A stretch of 64,000 nt of DNA, from NCBI GenBank assembly GCA_030591685.1, contig JAUVAX010000004.1, positions 40,230-104,229 of the forward strand, in the 5' to 3' direction. Position numbers and translations under genes: made by a program. The stretch is from Pseudobdellovibrionaceae bacterium (GTDB taxonomy: Bacteria; Bdellovibrionota; Bdellovibrionia; Bdellovibrionales; UBA1609). Below, one piece after another: positions 27,861 to 36,808 of this stretch. A model generated the notes under the pieces. The model was not told the origin of the DNA. It was given only the letters and a program-made list of their open reading frames with translations, and searched no databases. Position 1 is the first letter of the stretch. Every line of letters starts with the position of its first letter.

Positions 27861-29228
27861 ATGATTAAAACCCTTAGCTTTGCGTTACTATTTACCCTAT
27901 TAAGCCTTCAGGCCTCTGCTGCCATTACGAACTTAAATATTTCTGGGGTTTCTCGCTTTACGGCTGCCACGTCAACGGCAACCCCTATAATTTTTGGGGG
28001 CCTTGCGGGGGCTTTTTTATGTCCTGACACGTCTGCGACCTGCAACAATTGTGACGGCACCTACACCCAGTGCAATGAAGCCCGTATTGGGGACAGCGTT
28101 GTGGCTAAAATCACCTTTGTCTCAGCTATTAGCGGCACTGTTTTAGTCACTAAAGACGACGACAAAACTGAAATTACCCCGAAATCATCCAGTGATACCT
28201 CGGCCACCGCAGGGCAAACTATAACCGTAGAGCTTTTTTGGGGTGATATTTGCGATATAGATGAGGCCGCCGTCGGCGGTTGCAGCCCTGGAGCTGGAGG
28301 GCTTTTTAACGGTAGCTTTAAAGTCGGCGTTACTAAGGGGTCAAGTAGAGAGTTTGAAAGCGGTGATGAGTCTCAAAAAATATCGTTTCAGGTTTATCAA
28401 CCTGACTTGACAACAAACTCATGCCTCGTGGCGAACCCTGAAAAAGGACTTTGTGATTTTGAAATTAAAGCTGGTGATGAAAAAGTAATTATCACCGATC
28501 GAAAGACGATTAACAGCAACGCCTCTGAAGTGAGCGAGGCTGACTTTGTTGTGACAGGGCTTATTAATATCGAGGCTGTTCGGTTTATGTACTCTGAGGT
28601 GAGCTTTGACTCCACCTCCCCCGGCTTTGATTTTGTCGACTTACTTGTTGTTAATAAAGACACTCTTTCTCAAGACACCATCACTGGGCTTAAAAATGAC
28701 ACTAATTATATTTTTTCATTTGCCAACATTGATACTGCCGGTAATGTTTCTTATCTTATGGACTCTACTAGCTTGGGCTGCGCAGGTATTACTGCCGCAA
28801 CAAATATCGCTGGATCATCAGTTGTCGACATTACAAACTGCCCCTACACAGCCCGTCCTCAAATTGTTGTGGGCCTATTAGGTGAAGATTTAAATTGTTT
28901 TATTGCCACGGCTGCATACGGAACGCACTTTAGTGCAAAGTTAAATACCCTAAGAGCTTTTAGAAACCAATTTTTGCTTACCAATAGGCCCGGTCTACTA
29001 TTTGTAAAGTGGTACTATAAATACGGCTCTCAAGGCTCACATTATATTAAAGAAAGTTCTTTTTTAAAAATCCTCACTCAAGTGTTACTTTGGCCCTTAT
29101 GGGCGTTTAGTTATTTAGCACTTAACTTGGGGCTTATTATGGCTTTTATTTTAAGTTTTTTTAGCCTTTACACCCTTTTTATAATTGCTAAAAGAGTTCG
29201 GCGCACAAAACGGAGAGCTCTGTGTTAA
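27861..29228 (+). CDS. secreted surface protein with CFIATAAYG-type C-terminal anchor domain
   Basis: Signal peptide LLFTLLSLQASAA and a Thr/Ser/Asp-rich beta-type body with several Cys pairs. The C-terminus reads NCFIATAAYGTHFSAKLNTLRAFRNQFLL..GLLFVKWYYKYG, followed by TM segments and a basic tail RVRRTKRR. Confidence 0.6.
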   Translation: MIKTLSFALLFTLLSLQASAAITNLNISGVSRFTAATSTATPIIFGGLAGAFLCPDTSATCNNCDGTYTQCNEARIGDSVVAKITFVSAISGTVLVTKDDDKTEITPKSSSDTSATAGQTITVELFWGDICDIDEAAVGGCSPGAGGLFNGSFKVGVTKGSSREFESGDESQKISFQVYQPDLTTNSCLVANPEKGLCDFEIKAGDEKVIITDRKTINSNASEVSEADFVVTGLINIEAVRFMYSEVSFDSTSPGFDFVDLLVVNKDTLSQDTITGLKNDTNYIFSFANIDTAGNVSYLMDSTSLGCAGITAATNIAGSSVVDITNCPYTARPQIVVGLLGEDLNCFIATAAYGTHFSAKLNTLRAFRNQFLLTNRPGLLFVKWYYKYGSQGSHYIKESSFLKILTQVLLWPLWAFSYLALNLGLIMAFILSFFSLYTLFIIAKRVRRTKRRALC

Positions 29229-30502
29229 GGCTCTTGACCCTGTTTTTTTTGGTTCTTTTGTTTTCAGGTGCTTCCAGTGCTCAAAACCTGGATTTAGAAA
29301 TTGAACAGGCTTTTGAAGAAGAGCTTGAAGACACGACCTCACAAGAAACCCTCGCCCCCCAAGCGGACCTGGATGAAGAGGGTTACTCAGATGAGGACTT
29401 TTCTGATGAAGAGGGCTCTGACCTTTCTGAAGAGCCGAGTGAAGAACTCAGCGATGCAGACTTTTCTGAAGAAGAGAACATCAAAGACACCGCTGAAAAT
29501 GCCGAAGGCGACAGGGATGAGCCTGAAGAGGACCTTACCAATAACGAGGCCCCCGAAGAGGAACTTACTAATAACGAGGGCCTCGAAGAGGGCTTTGCCA
29601 ATAACGAAGCCCCCGAAGAAGAACTTGAATTTGAGGACGATGAAAACGAAGAGGGGTTCCCTGATAATGCTGAAACGGCTGATATTAAGGAGCTTGAAAG
29701 CACCCCCGAGAGTGATGATACTTATACCCTCTCGGCTGAGAGCTTGACTGACGACGAAGGCTATATTGTTCACGAAAAGGTTGTAAACCCTCGTTTGTTA
29801 GACCGAACAAAGCTTCACAAAATAAAACACCCTCATGCTAAAAAAGGGCTCACGCGAATCACAAGTGAAAATGAATATATTTACGATATTAAAAAGTCCT
29901 CTCAAGATCACTCTACAACTATTTTATTTTCTTCTTTTGAACCCACTAACTTTAAAGGCAATACCACTGTGGGCGCCGGACAAACCCCTAGCTTTTCTGA
30001 CCTCTACGAATCAGGGCTTCTTTTTACCGGTGATTACGAATGGCAGCTCTATAAAACAAGCCTGGGGCAGTTTGGTGTTAAACTCGGCTCTGGCGTGATG
30101 ATCGCAAGCGGTACCGGCGTATTTCAGGGCACTGGCGATCCGTCTGTTGAGGAGTACACTTTTGTTATGTTCCCCAACATTGCCACCGCCATATGGCGAA
30201 TGAGGTTTTGGGACTCCCAAGCCCTTGTCCCCTATATTGAAGCCGGTGGCGGATACTATGCTTTTATGGAAATCAGAGACTTTGATAACAAAATAAAACT
30301 CGGCGGCTCACCTGTTATTTTAGCTGCCGCGGGCTGTGCTTTAAATTTAAGTAGTTTTAGTCGAGAAGCTGTTCGCACGCTTGATAGAGACTACGGTATC
30401 AATTCAGCTTCACTTAACGTTGAATACAGAGTTAGCGAGGGGGCTGGGCAATTTGACTTCTCCTACAGCTCCATAGCGGCTGGGTTTAGTTTTGAGTATT
30501 AA
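29222..30502 (+). CDS. secreted protein with ~170-aa poly-acidic repeat region and beta-barrel-like C-terminal domain
   Basis: Signal peptide LFFLVLLFSGASSA and an Asp/Glu-rich region with decapeptide repeats. The C-terminal ~230 aa has alternating strands and ends AAGFSFEY (aromatic terminus typical of outer-membrane barrels). The start overlaps the upstream stop by 7 nt. Confidence 0.55.
   Translation: MLRLLTLFFLVLLFSGASSAQNLDLEIEQAFEEELEDTTSQETLAPQADLDEEGYSDEDFSDEEGSDLSEEPSEELSDADFSEEENIKDTAENAEGDRDEPEEDLTNNEAPEEELTNNEGLEEGFANNEAPEEELEFEDDENEEGFPDNAETADIKELESTPESDDTYTLSAESLTDDEGYIVHEKVVNPRLLDRTKLHKIKHPHAKKGLTRITSENEYIYDIKKSSQDHSTTILFSSFEPTNFKGNTTVGAGQTPSFSDLYESGLLFTGDYEWQLYKTSLGQFGVKLGSGVMIASGTGVFQGTGDPSVEEYTFVMFPNIATAIWRMRFWDSQALVPYIEAGGGYYAFMEIRDFDNKIKLGGSPVILAAAGCALNLSSFSREAVRTLDRDYGINSASLNVEYRVSEGAGQFDFSYSSIAAGFSFEY
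29521..29640 (+). repeat. in-frame 30-bp tandem repeat (about 3.5 copies) encoding P-E-E-[DE]-L-T-N-N-E-[AG]
   Basis: Units are gcctgaagaggaccttaccaataacgaggc / ccccgaagaggaacttactaataacgaggg / cctcgaagagggctttgccaataacgaagc / ccccgaagaagaacttgaa..., read directly from the sequence. Confidence 0.85.
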
Positions 30503-30587
30503 GCCCTAAATGCCCTCAATACGTGATGGGCACTCTTAATTTAAGTCCTTGTTTCAATAAATAGTTTTTGTTAACAATGGCCCTAAT

Positions 30588-31367
30588 GTGATGAAAAAAT
30601 ATAAAGTAAAACTACAACTCAGTTATGATGGGACCGAATTTAACGGTTGGCAAAAGCAAACCACCACACCGTACACAGTTCAGGGCGCTTTAGAGAAAGC
30701 TTTAACCAAAATTCTTAACGAGCCCATCAAAGTTGTTGGCGCCGGGCGTACAGATGCCGGTGTTCACGCGATTAATCAATATGCACACTTTTGGACCCAC
30801 AAAGACCCCACTAAATATAACCTCACCTACGCTCTCAATAGCCCCTTAACCCCTGCCAGTGTCGTCGTTAAAAAAGCCTGGTTAGCCCCTGATGATTTTC
30901 ATGCCCTTAAATCAGTGAAAAAAACTTACAAATACTTGGTCTTAAACGCACCCTTGCCTAGCGCTCTGCGTCGAAATTTTTCCCACCATGTGCGCAAACC
31001 CCTCAACTTAGATTATTTAAACGAGCTTTGTTTGCTCTTAGTGGGAAAGCATGATTTTTTAAGCTTTCAAACCACAGGGACTGACTCAAAAACAACCAAA
31101 AAGACCCTGTTTTCGCTAGGTTGGACTAAATCCTCAGATCTGGCTATATTTACAGTGTGCGGTGATGGGTTTTTAAAGCAGATGGTTCGAAACATAGTAG
31201 GCACTCTTTTATGGATGGAGAGAAACCAATTACCCCCTCAAACCCTCAATGAAATTTTGGCTTGTTTGGACCGTCAGGCCGCTAGGGACACCGCTCCAGC
31301 CAGCGGACTTTATCTTTATAACGTAGAATACCCCCCAGAGCTTGACAATAAGTGCCGTCAAATTTAA
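30588..31367 (+). CDS. truA: tRNA pseudouridine(38-40) synthase
   Basis: YDGTEFNGWQKQ and the catalytic GAGRTDAGVHA motif. Confidence 0.92.
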   Translation: MMKKYKVKLQLSYDGTEFNGWQKQTTTPYTVQGALEKALTKILNEPIKVVGAGRTDAGVHAINQYAHFWTHKDPTKYNLTYALNSPLTPASVVVKKAWLAPDDFHALKSVKKTYKYLVLNAPLPSALRRNFSHHVRKPLNLDYLNELCLLLVGKHDFLSFQTTGTDSKTTKKTLFSLGWTKSSDLAIFTVCGDGFLKQMVRNIVGTLLWMERNQLPPQTLNEILACLDRQAARDTAPASGLYLYNVEYPPELDNKCRQI

Positions 31368-31487
31368 GAATACCTCTCTAACTATTAAAAAATATTTATG
31401 GTTAAGCCTGAGCGACTATAAATTAAATTAAAAAGCATTATTTTTAAGTTAAATTTTTGAAGAACAAAATTAAAAAGGTTACGAAAT

Positions 31488-31922
31488 ATGAAAACATGGA
31501 ATGCTAAGCCTGAAGAAATTAAAAGAAACTGGTGGGTCGTTGATGCCACTAACAAAACTGTCGGCCGAATGGCCACTGAAATTGCTGTAAAATTAAGAGG
31601 CAAAGATAAACCTCAGTACACTCCTCATGTTGATACAGGGGATTTTGTGATTGTTATTAATTCAGACAAAGTGAGATTCACCGGAAGCCAAAACAAATTG
31701 AATGACAAAAAATACTATACCCATTCAAGATTTTTTGGCTCTTTAAAAGAAACTACAGCTGCTGAGTTACTTGAAAAAGACTCTACTCAGATCGTTTCAA
31801 AGGCCGTAGAGGGCATGCTCCCTAGAACCCGCCTTGGAAGGCAACAATTTAAAAAATTAAACGTATACACTGGCGGCGAACATCCACACTCAGCTCAAAA
31901 GCCAGAAAGCTTAAGCATTTAA
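31488..31922 (+). CDS. rplM: 50S ribosomal protein L13
   Basis: [44 protein letters not shown] is highly conserved L13 sequence. Confidence 0.97.
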   Translation: MKTWNAKPEEIKRNWWVVDATNKTVGRMATEIAVKLRGKDKPQYTPHVDTGDFVIVINSDKVRFTGSQNKLNDKKYYTHSRFFGSLKETTAAELLEKDSTQIVSKAVEGMLPRTRLGRQQFKKLNVYTGGEHPHSAQKPESLSI

Positions 31923-31942
31923 CAAGAAAGGTTTCTAACGAA

Positions 31943-32338
31943 ATGGCAGAAGAAGAAGTTTACTATGCAACTGGACGACGCAAAACAAGTGCGGCTCGTG
32001 TGTTTTTAAAACCTGGTACTGGAAAAATAACCATCAATAAGCGTGATGTTAAAGAGTACTTACAGACCTCAACAAACGCTATGATCATTCAACAACCCTT
32101 TGGGATCACTGGTACTAAGGGTAATTTTGACCTGTATATTACAGTTACTGGCGGCGGCAAGTCAGGCCAAGCGGGCGCTATTAGACATGGTATTTCAAGA
32201 GCTCTGTTGCTTGTTGATGAAAACCACCGTGGGTCTCTTAAAAAGGCTGGCTACTTAACTCGTGACTCGAGAATGGTGGAACGTAAAAAATACGGTCTAC
32301 ATAAAGCTCGTCGTAGCTCACAGTTCTCTAAACGTTAA
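31943..32338 (+). CDS. rpsI: 30S ribosomal protein S9
   Basis: [26 protein letters not shown] and the C-terminal [29 protein letters not shown]. Confidence 0.97.
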   Translation: MAEEEVYYATGRRKTSAARVFLKPGTGKITINKRDVKEYLQTSTNAMIIQQPFGITGTKGNFDLYITVTGGGKSGQAGAIRHGISRALLLVDENHRGSLKKAGYLTRDSRMVERKKYGLHKARRSSQFSKR

Positions 32339-32363
32339 TTTTAAAGTTATAAATCATGAATTT

Positions 32364-32398
32364 AAAAAACACCTCTACATTTTGAGGTGTTTTTTTTT
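32364..32398 (+). terminator. rho-independent terminator of rplM-rpsI
   Basis: Stem AAAAACACCTC (32365-32375) / GAGGTGTTTTT (32384-32394), 8-nt loop, and an 8-T run through 32398, 26 nt after the rpsI stop. Confidence 0.85.
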
Positions 32399-32478
32399 GC
32401 TTTCTTGGCCCTCGAAGACAAGCCCCACTAAGCATCAAACACTTTTGCCTCAATTTTAAAAAAGAGAGATCTATACTT

Positions 32479-33129
32479 TTAGGGCCTCATTACCCAGGTC
32501 TGCCCACGGCAAGCCCTTTGGTTTTCATAGTATTTATAGTTTTTATGACAGGGGTCGTAGTCTTCATGCGCCCAGCGCTCCCCTTGCCAAATTTTACTAA
32601 TAAAATACCTTTTTGCTGGCTTGAAGTTTTTTAAGTGAAAGTATTTTACTTCGAGCATTTTTAAAGCCTGAGTCTTGTTTTTACCCATGTATATCATTTG
32701 ATAAATGGCCGAGGCCTCACCAGTTCTATCAGCCCCCCCCTGGCAGTGAACCAAAATGGGCTTTTCAGACCTGTCTAAAGTATTTAATAGAGTTATTAAA
32801 TCTTTTTTATGCGGAAGTCGACTGGCCCCCATACGAATATCTACTTGAACGATTTGATTGTTTTTAATGACCTGCACTTGCTCGTCGTACCAGGGCTTTC
32901 CTTGGTTTTCCCCTCGCAAATTAATGACGGTCTTAATGCCGTACTTTTTGATTTTTTCATCTAAAACTTCAGGATCTAGTTGAGCCGAACGGTAGTAAGT
33001 GTTTTTATCGATCTCATAAAAGTTTTCACCTATAAGCTCTTTGCATGAGCTTAAAAACACAACATACATAATAAGAGTTAAAACCTGAAAATGCCGAACC
33101 ATGTCCTCTCCTTGATACTTATAGTTCAT
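32479..33129 (-). CDS. Cys-based protein tyrosine/dual-specificity phosphatase-like lipoprotein
   Basis: Active-site loop VHCQGGADRTGEAS (H-C-x5-R-[ST]). Lipobox-like VVFLSSCKE at the N-terminus. Confidence 0.75.
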   Translation of the reverse strand: MNYKYQGEDMVRHFQVLTLIMYVVFLSSCKELIGENFYEIDKNTYYRSAQLDPEVLDEKIKKYGIKTVINLRGENQGKPWYDEQVQVIKNNQIVQVDIRMGASRLPHKKDLITLLNTLDRSEKPILVHCQGGADRTGEASAIYQMIYMGKNKTQALKMLEVKYFHLKNFKPAKRYFISKIWQGERWAHEDYDPCHKNYKYYENQRACRGQTWVMRP

Positions 33130-33241
33130 AAGAGGGCGGGGCTATTGTCACAAATTTATTTTTATTCTCACCACTTCAGGACTAAAGTCCTCTTAGGCTT
33201 TGATTACAGATTTTCATTTTTAAATTATTATTAAGGTGGAT

Positions 33242-34252
33242 TTACTCGGTTAAGATGTAGTTTTTAGGGTCTACCGGTAAACCATGAATACGAACTTCAT
33301 AATGTAAATGGGGGCCTGATGAGCGCCCCGTAGATCCAACGGCTGATATTACATCTCGACGTTTTACTTTTTGCCCCACTTCAACAAAGGTTTGAGAATT
33401 ATGAGCGTACCTGGTGACCACTCCAAACCCATGATCAATAGACACTATTTTGCCATAACCCTGCTCATACCCCACATAAGATATAATCCCCGAAGCCGGG
33501 GCATAAACCGGTGTTCCTGGGGATGCGGCCATATCTATACCATTATGCATTTGTGGCTTACCTGTAAAAGGATCTAGTCGGTAACCAAACTGTGAAGTAA
33601 ACCAACCCCTTGTTGGCTTTATACTTGGGGTGGCCGTTAATAAAGATTGTCTCTCTGAGAGCTGGTCGTAGAGCTGTAAAACACTCTGCTCGGTGAGTTC
33701 TGTGTTTTGTACAGACTCATCAATGCGTATAGATAAAATGGCATACCCACGTACAGCCTCCTGACTGAGTTCACCATTTGAAATATCTAAAGGGGCTTTT
33801 TCTAAAAATAACGAGTCCGACTTAAAACTTTTAGCATTCAAGGGCTCTCGTTTTGACTCTTCATAAAAATTTATACCTTGAGCAAAACTACCCGACGACA
33901 CGGACAACTTTAAGGACCGATCATCGTCTTCAATATTTGTTATCAGCTTTAATTTTCTAGAAAAGTTCTGAACTCTGTCGAGACTTTTTTCAAGAGTTAC
34001 CAGCTTAGACTCTACCATACGAAATTGTCTTTTTAATTGCTCACTCTCAGCCTTTAAGCGCTTGTTTTCTGTTGTTTGTAACAGCAGTCCAACATAATCT
34101 AATGACGCCGCTGAAGCCACAACAGCTAAAATACCACCAAAGACTACACAAGCTTTAATCCACGCCGACGATACCGTAACAGCCCTCGTGGTCCCTTTTC
34201 TGTTTGAAGAAAGTAGTATTGTGTATGTTTTTTCTCTCATTACCTTAGCCAA
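33242..34252 (-). CDS. M23/LytM-family metallopeptidase with N-terminal TM and coiled coil (EnvC-like architecture)
   Basis: HNGIDMAASPGTPVYAPASG...YGKIVSIDHG....RYAHNS...GSTGRSSGPHLHYEV carries the HxxxD and HxH zinc motifs. It is preceded by a coiled coil (LKAESEQLKRQFRMVESKLVTLEKSL). Confidence 0.9.
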   Translation of the reverse strand: MAKVMREKTYTILLSSNRKGTTRAVTVSSAWIKACVVFGGILAVVASAASLDYVGLLLQTTENKRLKAESEQLKRQFRMVESKLVTLEKSLDRVQNFSRKLKLITNIEDDDRSLKLSVSSGSFAQGINFYEESKREPLNAKSFKSDSLFLEKAPLDISNGELSQEAVRGYAILSIRIDESVQNTELTEQSVLQLYDQLSERQSLLTATPSIKPTRGWFTSQFGYRLDPFTGKPQMHNGIDMAASPGTPVYAPASGIISYVGYEQGYGKIVSIDHGFGVVTRYAHNSQTFVEVGQKVKRRDVISAVGSTGRSSGPHLHYEVRIHGLPVDPKNYILTE

Positions 34253-34372
34253 GTAGTTTTTATTAATAATTGCTTTTTAACTTACCCTAAAATGGCCCTT
34301 GAGCGAACATCATGCAGCGTCAAACGCGCTGTCCCCTTTTAAGCTAGCTATGGGGCTTGATGAATCTAAATA

Positions 34373-35101
34373 TTAACTGATCTCTAGTACGAGAACAGAG
34401 ATGTTGTCATCTCCACCGCCAGACTTTGCGGCCTCTATGCTTTTTTCAACAACTCTATTTGTGGGGGTATTTTTTAAGATTTTAGCAATTTTCTTATCCT
34501 CAACAAGCCCACAAAGACCATCGGAGCAGAACAAGTAAATCTCCCCAGGCTCTACCTTTCTTGAAAAAATATCAGGGTCTACAGATCTTTCAAACCCCAC
34601 ACTTCGAGTGATTACATTTTTACCTGAAACATAGGGCAAGTCAGACTCTTTAATAATTCCAGCTTTAATTTGCTCATTAACTAAAGAGTGATCCTCAGTC
34701 AGTTGCCATAGCTTTTCGGACTTAAACATATAAGCGCGTGAGTCTCCCACATTGCCAATAAACAATTGTTTTTTCTTTATGAACCCCATGACCATTGTTG
34801 TCCCCATACCTAAGAGCTCTGGCGATTCCATGCTTCCTTTATGGTAGATTCTGGCACTGGCCTCAATAAAACACTTTCTTAAAAGATCCGCGGGCGGAAT
34901 ATCCTTACCAATCACGTTATAACTATTAATGATTTCTTGAGTTGTATGAACGGCGATATCAGAGGCTATTTCTCCGCCTTGATGACCGCCCATTCCATCG
35001 GCGACAATAAAAAGAGCAAGATCTCTATTTATTAAAATAGAGTCCTCGTTAGATTCTCGCTTTAGACCTACGTCTGTTTGTCCCCAAATATCAAACTTCA
35101 T
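34373..35101 (-). CDS. PP2C-family Ser/Thr protein phosphatase
   Basis: GLKRESNEDS, FIVADGMGGHQGGEIAS, GNVGDSRAYMF, LCSDGL and GGGDDNISVLVL: all PP2C motifs are intact. Confidence 0.9.
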   Translation of the reverse strand: MKFDIWGQTDVGLKRESNEDSILINRDLALFIVADGMGGHQGGEIASDIAVHTTQEIINSYNVIGKDIPPADLLRKCFIEASARIYHKGSMESPELLGMGTTMVMGFIKKKQLFIGNVGDSRAYMFKSEKLWQLTEDHSLVNEQIKAGIIKESDLPYVSGKNVITRSVGFERSVDPDIFSRKVEPGEIYLFCSDGLCGLVEDKKIAKILKNTPTNRVVEKSIEAAKSGGGDDNISVLVLEIS

Positions 35102-35196
35102 ACTATGATTTTAAAAGCTAACCCCTTTATATCCAAGCTTTTTTAATAGAAATACAAATTAATTGGACTCAAGCAGTAGTCCTTTACACCCGATAA

Positions 35197-36024
35197 ATGA
35201 GTATGCTTAAAGATTCTATTTTTATATTTCTAACACTTTCAATATGCCTACACTTCATGCTTTATTCTGGGCTTAGTGCCTCAAAACAAGACACGGCTAA
35301 TACGCAGGATATCAGTATTGAAATCATCGATAAGTCCGCTAAAAACCTTAAAAAACAACAAATTGTTGAGCAGCAAAAAAGGGTCAATGATGAGCTTCCC
35401 GATGAGAGCGCCTTTTTAAGCCAATTTAACCAGACCGTGAAAGAACAAACACAAGCCAAAAGGGTCGGTAAATTTATAAATACCGCTGGCCACAGCAATG
35501 AACCCCAGAAGGAAGCAGACTTTAGACCAAAAAAAGTTAAGCCGAAAAAAATGAGTCCAAATGGTCTGCCAACTCTTGACGACCTAAGACTTAAGACTAA
35601 CTATCAACAGCAACGGCCATCAGGAATGGCCAGTCAAAACGATGACCATATTGATAAGGTTAAAGAGGGGGTTCAAACACTTCTCAGCACTCGGGAGTTC
35701 CTCTACTATTCATACTACACGAGAATTAAAAACAAACTCCGCCGTCACTGGGGTAATAAAGTGAGAGAGAAAGTCAGCTTTCTTATGAAAAAGGGTCGCA
35801 GCATTGCCTCTACCCGTGATCGTATTACCAAAGTTATTATTGTTTTAAACGACTCAGGTGTACTTGTGCGAGTTCAAGTCGTTGGCCAAAGTGGCGTCAT
35901 AGACCTAGATGAAGCAGCTGTCGAGGCTTTTCGCGAGGCCGCCCCCTTCCCCAACCCCCCTCGTGGTATGATAGAAACAGACGGGAATGTAAGAATATTT
36001 TGGGATTTTGTACTTGAGGCTTAA
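35197..36024 (+). CDS. TonB-like energy-transducer C-terminal-domain protein
   Basis: N-terminal TM, a Lys/Pro-containing linker (RPKKVKPKKMSPNGLP), and a C-terminal TonB_C-like region YYTRIKNKLRRHW....GVIDLDEAAVEAFREAAPFPNPP. Confidence 0.7.
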   Translation: MSMLKDSIFIFLTLSICLHFMLYSGLSASKQDTANTQDISIEIIDKSAKNLKKQQIVEQQKRVNDELPDESAFLSQFNQTVKEQTQAKRVGKFINTAGHSNEPQKEADFRPKKVKPKKMSPNGLPTLDDLRLKTNYQQQRPSGMASQNDDHIDKVKEGVQTLLSTREFLYYSYYTRIKNKLRRHWGNKVREKVSFLMKKGRSIASTRDRITKVIIVLNDSGVLVRVQVVGQSGVIDLDEAAVEAFREAAPFPNPPRGMIETDGNVRIFWDFVLEA

Positions 36025-36027
36025 TAT

Positions 36028-36579
36028 ATGAAAACAATACTTGCATGTGGCTACACACATCAACATGACAAGCACCCCGCACTGACCGTGTTTGAAAACA
36101 AGCTGTGGGTGGACTGGCAAATTGAAAAACTCCTTGAATTAAATCATGAGGTTGTGATTGTTTTGGGTGATTCTTTCTCTGAAAAAATTTTAAGTCACAG
36201 TCAGCTAATCTCTCAATGCGAGCTTGTCTTTGACACCAATGGAGCCGTGACAACCCTTATGACTAACGTCAAATCCGGGCTCTATCAGGTTAATAACTAT
36301 AGCTTTATTTTACCTATTACAACCCCCTGTGCTCATAGTAAGGTTTGGGCAAACCTTACTAATCACTATCACAAGGTGTGCGATGATAAGTTACATTTGG
36401 TAAAAAGGTTTTTACCCCAGAATAAAAACACGTCAGGCACATACCCCCTACTGATCACTCCCGCCGGTCGAACATTTATTACCAAGCAAAGTGGCCTCAA
36501 GGGGCTTGATGACCAAAAGATCCAATACTCGGTAGCTGCCGCCTCCCCTATACCTAATGCCTCCGTTGACCACCTTTAA
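36028..36579 (+). CDS. hypothetical protein, weakly MobA-like nucleotidyltransferase fold
   Basis: ILACGYTHQHDKHPAL.....LWVDWQIEKLLELNHEVVIVLG loosely follows the NTP-transferase N-terminal pattern (ILAGG.S.R....K.L), but the Gly-rich loop is degenerate. It starts 3 nt after the upstream stop. Confidence 0.3.
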   Translation: MKTILACGYTHQHDKHPALTVFENKLWVDWQIEKLLELNHEVVIVLGDSFSEKILSHSQLISQCELVFDTNGAVTTLMTNVKSGLYQVNNYSFILPITTPCAHSKVWANLTNHYHKVCDDKLHLVKRFLPQNKNTSGTYPLLITPAGRTFITKQSGLKGLDDQKIQYSVAAASPIPNASVDHL

Positions 36580-36808
36580 ACCCGTTAGTGGATCACAGCC
36601 CTTAAAGCGAACTCAAAGTGCAGGGCCCCTGAACCCTCAACCCTCAAACCTCAAACCAAGATTGTTTCAGTGTCCTTAGTTTCATGAGTAATTAAGGGTA
36701 GTTATGGTCTCTGCCGAGCCATAAAAGTATTTCAATTTTATAGCAAGCTATGCTATAACAACCCGGCTTAAGAGAACAACATTGAGTCACTAAGAAGCGG
36801 AGAAAACT

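Noticed and set aside
29301-29773. Three long alternative-frame/antisense ORFs (148, 106 and 128 aa) across the acidic region of 29222..30502
   Set aside because: They are low-complexity products (poly-Ser, Lys/Phe-rich) generated by the GAA/GAG-rich repeat sequence. The + frame 29222..30502 has a signal peptide, a coherent C-terminal domain and a coupled start, so these are shadow ORFs.
31184-31191. GGTTCGAA, resembling a tRNA T-arm
   Set aside because: It lies inside the well-supported truA reading frame (QMVRNIVG), with no acceptor or anticodon stems around it. I found no tRNA anywhere in the window.
35897-36253. 118-aa and 71-aa - strand ORFs spanning the TonB-like/next-gene junction
   Set aside because: They overlap two well-supported + strand genes and bridge their 3-nt junction. 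The products are Cys/His/Arg-rich nonsense-like sequence with no start context.
36631-36660. Short degenerate heptamer run (gaaccctca accctca aacctca aaccaag) upstream of the E1-like gene
   Set aside because: There are only about 3-4 imperfect copies of a C/A-rich 7-mer in a spacer. That is too short and degenerate to call a functional repeat or binding array without comparative data.
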